Source: Dehalococcoidia bacterium | GTDB taxonomy: Bacteria > Chloroflexota > Dehalococcoidia > UBA2979 | NCBI GenBank assembly: GCA_965249675.1 | Contig: OZ252250.1 | Location: forward strand, 644,731-708,730 | Length of the DNA: 64,000 bases | Direction of reading: 5' to 3' | Part shown: positions 1-9,926 of the stretch, one piece after another | Numbering within the stretch: position 1 is the first letter of the stretch | Layout: each line of letters begins with the position of its first letter | Notes under the pieces: model-generated | Told to the model about the DNA's origin: nothing | Databases searched by the model: none | The model's input: only the letters and a program-made list of their open reading frames with translations | Made by a program: the position numbers and the translations under genes

Positions 1-874
1 GCTGCGGATGCCGGCCTTCGGCCTGAGCGGGCCGTACAAGAACTTCCGCGGGTTCGGCACCCACGTCGAGGGGATGATCGGGCACCACCTGCTGCGTTCC
101 TACGAGGACCTCGGGCCCGAGCACACGGGGGAGGCATTCACCGCCGATGCGATCGCCGGGGTGCTCGGTGCCTTCGCCGTCACCTCGGCGCTCCGGCACC
201 GCGCCCGCACGGGACAGGGGCAGCTAATCGAGATGCCACTCGCCGAGGCGTTCCTGCCGGTCCTCGGCGAATGGATCCTCGACTACACACTGAACGGCCG
301 GGTCGCCGGATCGCAGGGGAACCGGCACCGCAGCCACTCACCCCACGGGATCTATCCGACCAGCGGCGACGATCAGTGGATCGCGATCGATGTCGCGACC
401 GACGCTGAATGGACGGCTCTGACTGACGTGCTGGAGGCCGGGGCGCTCGGAGCCGACCTGCGGTTCGCGACGGCCGGAGCTCGCTACGAGGCACGGCTGA
501 TTCTGGACCAAGAGCTCGGCGACCACACGCGGCGGTGGGAGAAGTTCGAACTCTTCCATGCGTTGCAGGCCCGCGGGGTCGTTGCCGGCCCGGTGATGAG
601 CGAACTCGACGCCCTTGCATCCCCCCAGCTCGCCGCCCGCGAGTGGTTCAACGAACTGACGCAGCAGGGCGTCGGCACCCACCGGCATCCGGGCATCCTC
701 TTCAAGATGACCGAGACACCCAACCGGCTGCGCACCCCACCGCCGCTCCTTGGGGAACACAACGAAGAGGTCTACCTCGACCTGCTCGGCTACTCCCGCA
801 CGGAGTACGAGGAGCTGATCGAGAAGGGACTGGTCGGAACGACCTACCCGCCCGAACTCCTCCGCAACGCCTAG
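1..874 (+). CDS. CoA-transferase family III (CaiB/BaiF), 5'-truncated by the window edge (C-terminal ~290 aa present)
   Basis: The ORF runs to the window start and its translation has the family III C-terminal domain architecture. TAG stop at 872-874. A hairpin ccgatgcagcatcgg lies ~90 nt downstream. Confidence 0.8.
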   Translation, partial: LRMPAFGLSGPYKNFRGFGTHVEGMIGHHLLRSYEDLGPEHTGEAFTADAIAGVLGAFAVTSALRHRARTGQGQLIEMPLAEAFLPVLGEWILDYTLNGRVAGSQGNRHRSHSPHGIYPTSGDDQWIAIDVATDAEWTALTDVLEAGALGADLRFATAGARYEARLILDQELGDHTRRWEKFELFHALQARGVVAGPVMSELDALASPQLAAREWFNELTQQGVGTHRHPGILFKMTETPNRLRTPPPLLGEHNEEVYLDLLGYSRTEYEELIEKGLVGTTYPPELLRNA

Positions 875-1125
875 CTCGGTAGAGGGGTCGACCCACAGTC
901 CGGGGGAGGACGCTCGCACACCCGGCCGGAGGTCCACGCCCCCGAGCAGCGCTCGTCCACGACGCCGATGCAGCATCGGCGAGCTGCCATTCTCAGCGGG
1001 ACTTTCTCGGCGAATCGCGTGCGGACGCCCAGGGTAACTGTGCACCCCAGCGCGAAGTGGCGATGCTCCGTCGCGTTAGAGTGGGATCTCTGCCTGAGAG
1101 ATGGGGTCGAGGGAAGCGGAAATCG

Positions 1126-2430
1126 ATGTTCAGCGAACGACGCACGCGACTGATGGCTCTGCTCGCGGACCGTTCACCGGCCGCGGCGGCGCTCTTCCCC
1201 TCAGCACGCGAGCAGTCGCGAAACTCCGATGTCGATCACGAGTTTCGCCAGGAGTCCGGCTTCCACTACCTGACCGGGTTCGATGAGCCGGACAGCGTCG
1301 CGCTGCTCCGGCCCGGGAGCGACGCGCCGTTCGTGCTCTTCGTCCGGCCGGTCGACCCGGAGATGACGATCTGGGTGGGTGCTCGCGCTGGCATCGAGGG
1401 GGCGCTCGAACGGCACGGCGCCGATGAGGCCTACCCGATCGACGAGCTGGAGAGCCGCCTGCCCGGCCTGCTCAGCGGGCACTCGGATCTCTACTACGCG
1501 CTCAGCTCAGATCCGGAACTCGACCAGCTCGTCGCCACTCAGATCGCCTCCCGGCGCCGGGGCGCACAGCGCGGCGCTCGGCCACTGGAGGCACTGCGCG
1601 ATCCGAGCCCGCTGGTCGACGGTCTGCGCCTGATCAAGAGTGAAGCCGAAATCGCGGCGCTGACGAGGGCGGTCGAGATCACCGGGCTGGGCTTTCGGCG
1701 GGCTCTCGAAGCGACCCGACCGGGTCAGCACGAATACCAGGTGCAGGCTGCGATGGAGGCCGAGTTCCGCCGCCACGGCTCAGCCCGTAACGGCTATCCC
1801 TCGATCGTCGCCGCGGCCGACGATTCATGCACCTTGCACTACACGAGCAACCGCAAGGAGCTGCGGGATGGCGACCTGCTGCTGATCGATGCCGGCGCCG
1901 AGTATGACTACTACACCGCGGACGTGACCCGAACCTGGCCGGTCAACGGCCGCTACAGCCCCGAGCAACGCGCCGTCTACGACGTCGTGCTGGAGGCTCA
2001 GCTGGCGGGGATCGCCTGTGCCACGCCGGGTCGGCGCTTCGACGATGTCCACCGCGCGACGGTGCGCACGTTGACCGAAGGACTCAGAACACTCGCGATC
2101 CTCAAAGGCGCCACGGACGACCTCATCGAGCAGGCCGCCTATCGACCCTTCTACATGCACTCCACCTCCCACTGGCTCGGCCTGGACGTCCATGACGTCG
2201 GGCGCTACCGCCAGGGAGACGAGTCGGTGGTGCTAGAGGCAGGCATGTGCTTCACAATCGAACCGGGGCTCTATCTGGCGCCCGACAACGCTGACATCCC
2301 GCCAGCCCTGCGCGGCATCGGGATCCGTATCGAGGACGACATCGTCATCACTGAGTCGGGCTCCCTCAATCTCAGCGCCGGGATCCCGAAGGATGCTGAC
2401 GACCTGACCTCGATCCTGGCCGAGGTCTGA
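1126..2430 (+). CDS. pepP: Xaa-Pro aminopeptidase (M24B family)
   Basis: N-terminal creatinase-like domain (HEFRQESGFHYLTGFDEPDS) plus the M24 catalytic core (DGDLLLIDAGAEYDYYTADVTRTW, HSTSHWLGLDVHD, IEPGLY). Preferred start is ATG 1126 after GAGGGAAG; the ORF track begins at 1057. Confidence 0.85.
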   Translation: MFSERRTRLMALLADRSPAAAALFPSAREQSRNSDVDHEFRQESGFHYLTGFDEPDSVALLRPGSDAPFVLFVRPVDPEMTIWVGARAGIEGALERHGADEAYPIDELESRLPGLLSGHSDLYYALSSDPELDQLVATQIASRRRGAQRGARPLEALRDPSPLVDGLRLIKSEAEIAALTRAVEITGLGFRRALEATRPGQHEYQVQAAMEAEFRRHGSARNGYPSIVAAADDSCTLHYTSNRKELRDGDLLLIDAGAEYDYYTADVTRTWPVNGRYSPEQRAVYDVVLEAQLAGIACATPGRRFDDVHRATVRTLTEGLRTLAILKGATDDLIEQAAYRPFYMHSTSHWLGLDVHDVGRYRQGDESVVLEAGMCFTIEPGLYLAPDNADIPPALRGIGIRIEDDIVITESGSLNLSAGIPKDADDLTSILAEV

Positions 2431-2467
2431 GGAGAGCCCCCCTCTCTCACGCAACCCGGCCGCTTCA

Positions 2468-2514
2468 GTTTCTGATATATTCCTGTCCCCCTGCTTCGCA
2501 CAATGTGCCTAGAC
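2468..2514 (+). promoter_or_regulatory. Candidate tandem NrdR boxes in the nrdJ leader
   Basis: Two AT-rich imperfect palindromes (tctgATATATtcc and gCACAATgTGcc) about 30 bp apart, ~110 bp upstream of nrdJ in a GC-rich background. They only loosely match the acaCwAtATaTwGtgt consensus. Confidence 0.3.
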
Positions 2515-2621
2515 AGGTGAACAGTTTCCGCCAGCTCGCGGGATCAGGCTATCGTTTCGCCGCTCACCGCGAGCCAGCCGGCTTACGCGTCGGCGCGTAA
2601 GATCTTCCATGGAGTCCTGTT

Positions 2622-5600
2622 ATGCGTATCGGTCGCCGCTTCACCACCGCCGGACACAATCCCTACACGGGCATCCCCTTCGAGGGGCGCCTCTCGCGGA
2701 TTGTCAACCCGGACGGTTCCGTCGTCTTCGAGGCCCGCGACATCGAGATGCCGGCCCAGTTCTCTCAGGTAGCAACCGATATCATGGCTCAGAAGTACTT
2801 CCGCAAGGCCGGCGTACCAGCGGAGACCACGGCGGTGCCTGAAGAGGGCGTCCCCGAGTGGCTCGAGCGACGCGAGGCCGTGCCCGGCTCCCCGCTCAGC
2901 AGCGAGACCGACGCTCGCCAGGCGTTCCACCGACTGGCCGGTACCTGGGCCTACTGGGGAACCAGATACGGCTACTTCGACACGGACGAAGATGCGCGCT
3001 CCTTCTACGACGAGCTCGTGCACATGATGGCCAGCCAGCGCGCCGCCCCGAACTCGCCTCAGTGGTTCAACACGGGCCTCCACTGGGCCTATGGCATCGA
3101 GCGCCCCGCCCAGGGGCATTCCTATGTCGACCCCGGGACCGGCGAGCTAACCATGTCGCGCGGGGCATACGAACACCCCCAGCCGCACGCCTGCTTCATC
3201 CAGTCCGTCAAGGACGACCTGGTGAACGACGGCGGGATCATGGACCTGTGGACCCGCGAGGCTCGCATCTTCAAGTACGGCTCGGGCACCGGTTCGAACT
3301 TCTCGGCGATCCGCGGATCTGCCGAGGGGCTCTCGGGCGGTGGGAACTCGTCGGGGCTGATGTCGTTCCTCAAGATCGGCGACCGGGCCGCCGGCGCGAT
3401 CAAGTCAGGTGGCACGACTCGTCGCGCCGCCAAGATGGTGATCGTCGACGCCGACCACCCCGACATCGAAGAGTTCATCGACTGGAAGGTGTCTGAGGAG
3501 CAGAAGGTAGCCGCGCTGGTGGCCGGTTCCCGGCTGGTGCGCCGTCACCTGAGCGCGATCTTCGAGGCGACCGAGGGCGGACACGACCCCCGCCAGAACC
3601 GAGCGCTCCGCCGCGCGATCTCGCGGGCACGCCGTGACGCGGTGCCCGAGGGGTACCTGCAGCGAGTGCTCCAGCTGGCCGAGCAGGGCGAGGCGGAGAT
3701 CGACTTCCGCGAGTTCGACACGGACTGGCAGGGCGAAGCCTACGTCACCGTCTCCGGGCAGAACTCCAACAACTCGGTGCGCGTCTCGCAGGCCTTCATG
3801 TCCGCCGTCGCCAGCGACCGCGAGTGGCAGCTGACCCGGCGCACCGACGGCGCCGTCCACCGCACCGTGCGCGCCCGGGACCTCTGGGACCGGATCGGCC
3901 GTGCTGCCTGGAACTCAGCCGATCCGGGCCTGCAGTTCGATACAACCATCAACGAATGGCACACCACGCCAGCAGGCGGGCGCATCAACGGCTCCAACCC
4001 CTGCAGCGAGTACATGTTCCTGGACGACACCGCCTGCAACCTCGCCTCGATCAACCTGCTCGCCTTCACCGATCTGGAGAGCGGCGAGTTCGACCTCGAC
4101 GGCTACCGCCACGCGATCCGGTTGTGGACGATCGTCCTTGAGATCTCGGTGCTGATGGCCCAGTACCCGAGCGCGGAGATTGCCCGCCGCTCCTACCAGT
4201 ACCGCACCCTCGGTCTCGGCTACGCCAATTTGGGCGCTCTCTTGATGCTGGAGGGCCTTCCCTACGACTCTCCCGATGCACTGGGGTGGAGCGGGGCGCT
4301 CTCGGCGATCTTGACCGGCGAGTCCTACGCTACCTCCGCCGAACTGGCCGAACAGCTCGGTGCGTTCCCGTCCTACCCGGAGAACCGGGAAGAGATGCTG
4401 CGGGTCGTTCGCAACCACCGGCGGGCAGCCTACAAGGCGACCGCTGGCGAATACGAGCAGCTGTCCGTGCTGCCCCACGGGATCGATCCGGCAGACACGC
4501 CGGAGACGCTGCTGGAGGCCGCGCGCAGCGCCTGGGACCGCGCTCTCTCCCTCGGCGAGCAGCACGGCTACCGCAACGCGCAGACCACCCTGCTCGCCCC
4601 GACCGGCACCATCGGCCTCCTGATGGACTGCGACACGACCGGCGTCGAGCCAGACTTCGCCCTGGTCAAGTTCAAGAAGCTCGCCGGCGGCGGCTACTTC
4701 CGGATCATCAACCAGTCCGTCCCGACCGCGCTGCGCCGGCTCGGCTACTCACGCTCGGAGAGCGAGCAGATCGTCGCTTACACCGTCGGAACCCAGCACC
4801 TTGAGAGCTCCCCGTTCATCAACCGCACGACGCTCGCCGATCGCGGCTTCACCCGCTCGGCGCTCGATCGTCTCGACGATGCACTCGGTTCCGCCTTCCA
4901 CCTCAGCTTCGTCTTCAACCGCTACCAGCTCGGGGACGACTTCTGCCGCGACGGGCTCGGTCTCAGCCAGGCCGATCTCGACAGCCCCGGCTTCGACATT
5001 CTCACCGCGCTCGGCTTCACCCCCGAGCAGGTCGAAGCGGCAAACGACCACATCCTCGGACGCATGACGATCGAGGGGGCACCGCACCTGCGCCCGGAGC
5101 ACTACGCCGTCTTTGACTGTGCCAACCGCTGCGGCAAGTACGGGACCCGTTTCATCGCGCCGCTCGCCCACGTCCGCACCATGGCCGCGGTGCAGCCGTT
5201 TATCTCTGGCGCGATCAGCAAGACGATCAACATGCCGGCCGAGGCGACGATCGAAGAGGTCAAGGACGTCTACCAGTCCGCGAACGACTCGATGGTCAAG
5301 GCGCTGGCGCTCTACCGCGATGGTTCAAAGCTCTCCCAGCCGCTCGCCGCCACCGCCTGGGACGACCTGGACGACTACGACCTCGCCGAGGACGAGGAGG
5401 CCGAGATGCTCGAGCACCCGGCCGTGCGTGCCGCCGAGCAGATGCTCACCGAGCTACAGCGGGGCAAGCGAGAGATGCTGCCCTCCCGCCGCTCCGGCTA
5501 CTCGCAGAAGGCGAAGGTCGGCGGGCACACGATCTACATCCACACGGGCGAATTCGAAGGGGCGGCGGGTGACAGGCCACGCCTCGGCGAGGTCTTCATC

Positions 5601-6140
5601 GACACCGCCAAGGACGGTGCGGCGTTCCGCAGCCTGATGAACTGCTTCGCGATCGCCGTCTCGATGGGCCTGCAGTACGGCGTACCGCTGCAGAAGTTTG
5701 TGGACACGTTCGTCTTCACCAAGTTCGAGCCAAACGGGATCGTGACCGGCCACGACCGCATCCAGTTCTCAAGCTCGATCATCGACTACATCTTCCGCGA
5801 GCTCGCCGTGACCTACCTCGACCGCGAAGAGCTGGCCCACCTCGGGCCGATCGACCTTGCCACGGACCCGACCGCCGACGATGAGCCGCCGGCCGACATT
5901 ACGCCGCTCGCTCGCGTGGTCGCGCCACCCCCTGCGGAGGCGCCGACGCCGGTTACGCCCGCTCGTCAGGCCGTCGCCGAAGCTGCGCTCGAGCAGCAGC
6001 GGCAGGCGACGCTGATCCAGCAGGCTCGCGAACGCGGGTTCGAAGGCGACCCCTGCCCGGAATGTGGCCAGCTGATGATGGTGCGGAGCGGTACCTGCCT
6101 GAAGTGCATGGCCTGCGGTACGACCACCGGCTGTAGCTAG
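2622..6140 (+). CDS. nrdJ: Class II adenosylcobalamin-dependent ribonucleoside-diphosphate reductase with C-terminal zinc-ribbon
   Basis: 1172 aa with RNR class II hallmarks (NPCSEYMFLDDTACNLASINL; TIGLLMDCDTTGVEPDFAL; QPFISGAISKTINMP). C-terminal CPECGQLMMVRSGTCLKCMACG zinc ribbon. GGAG RBS 8 nt upstream of the ATG. Confidence 0.95.
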   Translation: MRIGRRFTTAGHNPYTGIPFEGRLSRIVNPDGSVVFEARDIEMPAQFSQVATDIMAQKYFRKAGVPAETTAVPEEGVPEWLERREAVPGSPLSSETDARQAFHRLAGTWAYWGTRYGYFDTDEDARSFYDELVHMMASQRAAPNSPQWFNTGLHWAYGIERPAQGHSYVDPGTGELTMSRGAYEHPQPHACFIQSVKDDLVNDGGIMDLWTREARIFKYGSGTGSNFSAIRGSAEGLSGGGNSSGLMSFLKIGDRAAGAIKSGGTTRRAAKMVIVDADHPDIEEFIDWKVSEEQKVAALVAGSRLVRRHLSAIFEATEGGHDPRQNRALRRAISRARRDAVPEGYLQRVLQLAEQGEAEIDFREFDTDWQGEAYVTVSGQNSNNSVRVSQAFMSAVASDREWQLTRRTDGAVHRTVRARDLWDRIGRAAWNSADPGLQFDTTINEWHTTPAGGRINGSNPCSEYMFLDDTACNLASINLLAFTDLESGEFDLDGYRHAIRLWTIVLEISVLMAQYPSAEIARRSYQYRTLGLGYANLGALLMLEGLPYDSPDALGWSGALSAILTGESYATSAELAEQLGAFPSYPENREEMLRVVRNHRRAAYKATAGEYEQLSVLPHGIDPADTPETLLEAARSAWDRALSLGEQHGYRNAQTTLLAPTGTIGLLMDCDTTGVEPDFALVKFKKLAGGGYFRIINQSVPTALRRLGYSRSESEQIVAYTVGTQHLESSPFINRTTLADRGFTRSALDRLDDALGSAFHLSFVFNRYQLGDDFCRDGLGLSQADLDSPGFDILTALGFTPEQVEAANDHILGRMTIEGAPHLRPEHYAVFDCANRCGKYGTRFIAPLAHVRTMAAVQPFISGAISKTINMPAEATIEEVKDVYQSANDSMVKALALYRDGSKLSQPLAATAWDDLDDYDLAEDEEAEMLEHPAVRAAEQMLTELQRGKREMLPSRRSGYSQKAKVGGHTIYIHTGEFEGAAGDRPRLGEVFIDTAKDGAAFRSLMNCFAIAVSMGLQYGVPLQKFVDTFVFTKFEPNGIVTGHDRIQFSSSIIDYIFRELAVTYLDREELAHLGPIDLATDPTADDEPPADITPLARVVAPPPAEAPTPVTPARQAVAEAALEQQRQATLIQQARERGFEGDPCPECGQLMMVRSGTCLKCMACGTTTGCS

Positions 6141-6232
6141 CGGGGGCGCTCGCTGGGGCGAGCTGCTCCCACGCAGGCCGTCACTCCCGGTGCTAGTCTG
6201 TCTCCTCGCGCTCCACCGAAAGGGTGTGTGCT

Positions 6233-6562
6233 ATGGCAGGGACCAACGAGCAGGAGAACCGGACCTGGAGCGGGATCGCCCGGGTCATCGCTCCCGATGG
6301 CGCGGTCGTGATCGAGGTGGCCGCCGAGTTGTGGGCGCATCATGAGCGAGGCCGCGGCGGTCAGTGGGGTGGACACCTGGTCGCTCCGGCGCAGCTTGAG
6401 ACCCCGCATCTCCCCGACGCCGAGGACCGCTATACGCTCCGCTTGATCGGGGCCGGCGAGGGCACGGTCACGACTCACGGTCCGGTCAAGATGCATCTCT
6501 TCGAGAATACCGAGCCGACCGAAGAGGTCGAGATCCTGGGGATCGGCGAGGCGCCCTTCTAG
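6233..6562 (+). CDS. Hypothetical small protein (~109 aa)
   Basis: ORF with GAAAGGG RBS 9 nt upstream of ATG 6233, convergent with the GNAT gene. A shared hairpin GCTCAG-ccgctt-CTGAGC lies downstream. No recognisable domain. Confidence 0.4.
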   Translation: MAGTNEQENRTWSGIARVIAPDGAVVIEVAAELWAHHERGRGGQWGGHLVAPAQLETPHLPDAEDRYTLRLIGAGEGTVTTHGPVKMHLFENTEPTEEVEILGIGEAPF

Positions 6563-6610
6563 GCCGGCCCTGCGAACGCGGGCCACCTGCCCCCTACCTG
6601 CTCTTCACGG

Positions 6611-6628
6611 GCTCAGCCGCTTCTGAGC
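6611..6628. terminator. Weak bidirectional hairpin between convergent genes
   Basis: 6-bp stem gctcag/ctgagc with a 6-nt loop between the 6233-6562(+) and 6690-7313(-) genes. No U-tract. Confidence 0.25.
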
Positions 6629-6689
6629 TCAGGAAGCCGGGGCTGCTGCTGGCGGTGGATCCCCGGCGGCGATGGGCCTCGGGCCAGAG

Positions 6690-7313
6690 TCAGACCGAGC
6701 GCGGACGCTCCGCCTCCCAGCGGCGGCGTTCGGCGGGCCACTCATCTGAGATGATCGACATCATGTACGCATCAACGTACCGCCCATGTTTGAATGCGTG
6801 GTGGCGAAGCACGCCATCGGCGCGGAAGCCGGCCTTCTCGTAGGCGCGGATCGCTCGCGCGTTCGCCACCTCGGGATCGATCGACACGATGTGGATGCCC
6901 CTCACCCCGAACAGATAGGACAGCATCGTGCGCACCGCCTCGGTGCCGAGTCCACGGTCGCGCGCGCCGGGCTCTCCGATCAGGATGTCGACCGCGGCCG
7001 TCCAGACGAATTCGGCGCCCGGGTAGGGATGCCCGTACTGGATCTCGCCGATCCCCTCCCCATCTTCTTCGATCACAAAGCGCCAGACCGGGTTGACGCC
7101 CCGCTCCAGGTAGTCCTCGCGCAGCTCGCCGATCGAGTCGGGCCGCTCCCCGTAGAACCGCCGTACCTCGGGGTCCCCCAGCCAGCGCCAGAGACCGGGG
7201 AGGTCGGCCTCCTCAAGTGGCTTGAGCCGCAGCCGTGGGCCGACGATCGGTTCGTGATCGCCGGGGAGCGGAACCTCGCCGCGACCGCTCATCTCCGCTT
7301 CACTGGCAGGCAC
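6690..7313 (-). CDS. GNAT family N-acetyltransferase
   Basis: GNAT acetyl-CoA binding core (RGLGTEAVRTMLSYLF...ANARAIRAYEKAGF). Its start lies 6 nt downstream of the DtxR stop, so it is likely co-transcribed. Confidence 0.85.
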   Translation of the reverse strand: MPASEAEMSGRGEVPLPGDHEPIVGPRLRLKPLEEADLPGLWRWLGDPEVRRFYGERPDSIGELREDYLERGVNPVWRFVIEEDGEGIGEIQYGHPYPGAEFVWTAAVDILIGEPGARDRGLGTEAVRTMLSYLFGVRGIHIVSIDPEVANARAIRAYEKAGFRADGVLRHHAFKHGRYVDAYMMSIISDEWPAERRRWEAERPRSV

Positions 7314-7319
7314 CGTGTG

Positions 7320-8000
7320 TCACGGCCGGTCGTCGTGCAGCCAGATCTGATGTGCGACCGCCAGCCCAACGACGATCTCGGCACCACCGGTATCGCCGAC
7401 CCGGAGCTTGACGGTGCCGAGGTAGCTCGCCACCTCGATCACCCGCACCGGCGCGCCGGGGCGAATGCCCTCGGCATCGAAGAAGCGCAGGAGTTCCTCG
7501 TCTTCCTCGAAGACCCGTTCGATCTCCCCCACTTCTCCGTCGGTCAGATCGCTGACGCGACGAGTCGACATCACCAGGTTTCCGTTCGTACCGGGAATCG
7601 GGTAGCCGAACGGGGAGGATTCCGGCGCGGAGAGCAGCTCGATGATCAGGGGTTCGGTGACATCGGAGATGGAGTGCTCCATCAGGTGCGCCTCTTCATA
7701 GGCACGCCACCACTCCAGCTGCAGGACGTTCACGAGCAGGCACTCGGCCAACCGGTGACGACGCACCATCTGTTCGGCGCGCTGGAAGCCCGAGCGAGTG
7801 AGCGAGACGTGCTTGCGAGCGTCGATCGCGACCAGCTGGTCGCGGCGCAGTCGTGACAGCATCCCTGCTACCGAGGCCGGACGTGTCCCCAGACGTTCAG
7901 CGATGCGCGCTGCGATGGGCTCTTCACCCTCATCGTGGGAGAGACGGTAAATCGTTGTCAGGGCATCATCGGCTGCAACGTTAGTGACCTGCTTAGGCAC
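7320..8000 (-). CDS. DtxR/IdeR/MntR-family metal-dependent transcriptional repressor with C-terminal FeoA/SH3-like domain
   Basis: Winged-HTH N-terminus (TTIYRLSHDEGEEPIAARIAERLGTRPASVAGMLSRL), metal-binding/dimerisation region, and a C-terminal FeoA-like domain. GTG start at 8000 is preceded by GAGGAGG; the ORF track's upstream ATG at 8054 is less likely. Confidence 0.85.
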   Translation of the reverse strand: MPKQVTNVAADDALTTIYRLSHDEGEEPIAARIAERLGTRPASVAGMLSRLRRDQLVAIDARKHVSLTRSGFQRAEQMVRRHRLAECLLVNVLQLEWWRAYEEAHLMEHSISDVTEPLIIELLSAPESSPFGYPIPGTNGNLVMSTRRVSDLTDGEVGEIERVFEEDEELLRFFDAEGIRPGAPVRVIEVASYLGTVKLRVGDTGGAEIVVGLAVAHQIWLHDDRP

Positions 8001-8225
8001 GAGACCTCCTCTCGGCCGACCGTGCCACGCTGGAGTTTCGCGCCGGGCGGTCACCGCCTCCCCGGGGTATGATCTGGAGCGGCCACTGCCGAACAGGCTG
8101 GCGACCGTTGGCAGTCGGAGCCGATCTTAGCACCGCGTCAGGCAGCTCGTGCACAGGCGCAGGGGGTCACTACCGGACCAGCGGTCCAGTGAGTTGCACT
8201 CCGATCGGATGAGAGGTCAGCAGGG

Positions 8226-8804
8226 TTGACGAACGATCTTCCCTCATCAGCGCAGGACGCCGCACTCGGGAGCGTCGCCCGTCTGATCGAAGAGGCCGCC
8301 GACCGCTCGCCGTGGGCGCTGGTCGGCAGCGCCGCACTGCGCCTGCAGGGCGTGGCGACCGACGCACAGAACCTCGAGTTCATCACCAGCAGCGACGTCG
8401 CCACGACACTCAGCCAGGTGCTGGGGATCGAGCCTGGCTGGAACCAGGGACCGCACCTGGCCTCCGGGTCTCTGCGCTTCCTGCGGCACGGCGTACCGGT
8501 CTTTGTCCTCGCCGATCCGGTCTTCCATGGCCCCTACGAGACACTCAAGCCGATGGAGATCCCCTCGTTCTGGGACGCGCGCATCCACCGGCACTCGGCG
8601 GCGGACGGTGTCCCCTGCTCGACAACGGAGTGGGAGCTGGTGCTCGCCGTGGTGACCGGGGCCCGCGACCGATCTGACCTGCTCGGCCGGCACCTGAGGA
8701 CCGAGGGATTCGACAGCCGATTGGTCGTCCGGCTGCTCCGGGAAGGCCGTGTCGAGCGGGAGACTGAAGAGGCGGTCTGGTCCATCTTGGAACGGGGCGA
8801 GTGA
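8226..8804 (+). CDS. Hypothetical protein with a nucleotidyltransferase-like N-terminus (resembles ANT(2'')-type aminoglycoside nucleotidyltransferase fold)
   Basis: PWALVGSAALRLQGV...NLEF is arranged like the LPLWIGGGWAIDARLG...DIDL nucleotidyltransferase motif. The similarity is weak. Confidence 0.4.
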   Translation: MTNDLPSSAQDAALGSVARLIEEAADRSPWALVGSAALRLQGVATDAQNLEFITSSDVATTLSQVLGIEPGWNQGPHLASGSLRFLRHGVPVFVLADPVFHGPYETLKPMEIPSFWDARIHRHSAADGVPCSTTEWELVLAVVTGARDRSDLLGRHLRTEGFDSRLVVRLLREGRVERETEEAVWSILERGE

Positions 8805-8840
8805 GTTTGCCCTCCTGAACCGATGTCGAAGGGAAGTCCA

Positions 8841-9893
8841 ATGTCGATGCTCATCAGCGGCGGGATCAACTCCAGTGACATGCACTCGATCCCCGAGCGG
8901 GTCAAGCGGCTTGAGGATCTCGGCTGGAACTCGGTGAGCGTCGGGGAGACCTCGCACAACCCGTTCCTGCCCCTCGTGCTCGTCACCGAGCACACGCGCG
9001 AGATGCAGTTCGCCACATCGGTCGCCATCGCCTTCCCTCGCGTCCCCCACATCAGCGCGAACCTCGGCTGGGACCTCTCGAAATACTCGGGCGGGCGCTT
9101 CGTCCTCGGCCTCGGCACGCAGGTCAAGGGGCACAACGAGCGACGGTTCTCCGTGCCCTGGGCGCCGCCCGGGCCGCACCTCCGCGACTACATCCGTTGC
9201 GTGCGAGCGATCTGGGACTCCTGGCAGAACGGCACCCGACCCGACTACGAGGGCGAGTACTACCAGTACAAGCTGACGAGCCCCTTCTTCAATCCCGGCC
9301 CGATCGAGCATCCCGACATCAAGATCATTGTGTCGGCCGTGAACCCCTTCAACGCCCGTCTCGCCGGCGAGGTCGCGGACGGGATCGCGATCCACGGCTT
9401 CAGCACGTTCCAGTACATCCGCGAGGTGTTGATCCCCGCCGTGCACGAAGGCGCGCGGCGCGCTGGCAAGAACCCGGCCGACCTGCAGATCCGTGGCGGC
9501 GGGATGCTCGCCACCGGCCGCAGCGAGGAGGAGGTCCGGGCCGGACGCGAGGTGATCCGTCGCCGGATCTCCTTCTACGGTTCGACGCGGTCCTACTCAA
9601 ACGTCCTCAAGCTGCACGGCTGGGACGATGAAGCCGCCCACCTGCACCGCCTGTCGATCGATGGCAAATGGGACGAAATGGTCGGCGTTGTGACCGACGA
9701 CATGGTCGAGGAGTTCGCCGTCAGCGGCACCTGGGACGTGATCGCCGGCAAGCTCCGCGAGGCTTACGCCGGCATCAATACGCAGATCGGCTTCGAAGCC
9801 AGCCCCCGGAATCCCGATGAAGAGGACCAGGTTCGCGAGATCCTCGCCGACATCAAGGAGATCCCGACGGTCGGCCAGGCGACCGCCTCCTAG
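8841..9893 (+). CDS. LLM-class (luciferase-like) F420-dependent oxidoreductase
   Basis: TIM-barrel LLM signature (RFVLGLGTQ, GFEASPRNPDE) and overall family similarity. ATG 8841 with GGGAAG RBS is preferred over the track's ATG 8823. Confidence 0.8.
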   Translation: MSMLISGGINSSDMHSIPERVKRLEDLGWNSVSVGETSHNPFLPLVLVTEHTREMQFATSVAIAFPRVPHISANLGWDLSKYSGGRFVLGLGTQVKGHNERRFSVPWAPPGPHLRDYIRCVRAIWDSWQNGTRPDYEGEYYQYKLTSPFFNPGPIEHPDIKIIVSAVNPFNARLAGEVADGIAIHGFSTFQYIREVLIPAVHEGARRAGKNPADLQIRGGGMLATGRSEEEVRAGREVIRRRISFYGSTRSYSNVLKLHGWDDEAAHLHRLSIDGKWDEMVGVVTDDMVEEFAVSGTWDVIAGKLREAYAGINTQIGFEASPRNPDEEDQVREILADIKEIPTVGQATAS

Positions 9894-9926
9894 CACCGAG
9901 AGCGACGGGCCCGCGGCGCAGGGGGT

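Noticed and set aside
2431-2621. Cobalamin riboswitch upstream of nrdJ
   Set aside because: Leader is only ~190 bp and lacks the B12-box-like conserved core. NrdJ uses AdoCbl as a cofactor and is usually NrdR-regulated, not riboswitch-regulated.
8247-9446. 399-aa minus-strand ORF overlapping the nucleotidyltransferase-like and LLM genes
   Set aside because: Antisense to two well-supported plus-strand genes. Arg/Gly/Pro-rich composition is typical of spurious high-GC antisense frames. No RBS or domain.
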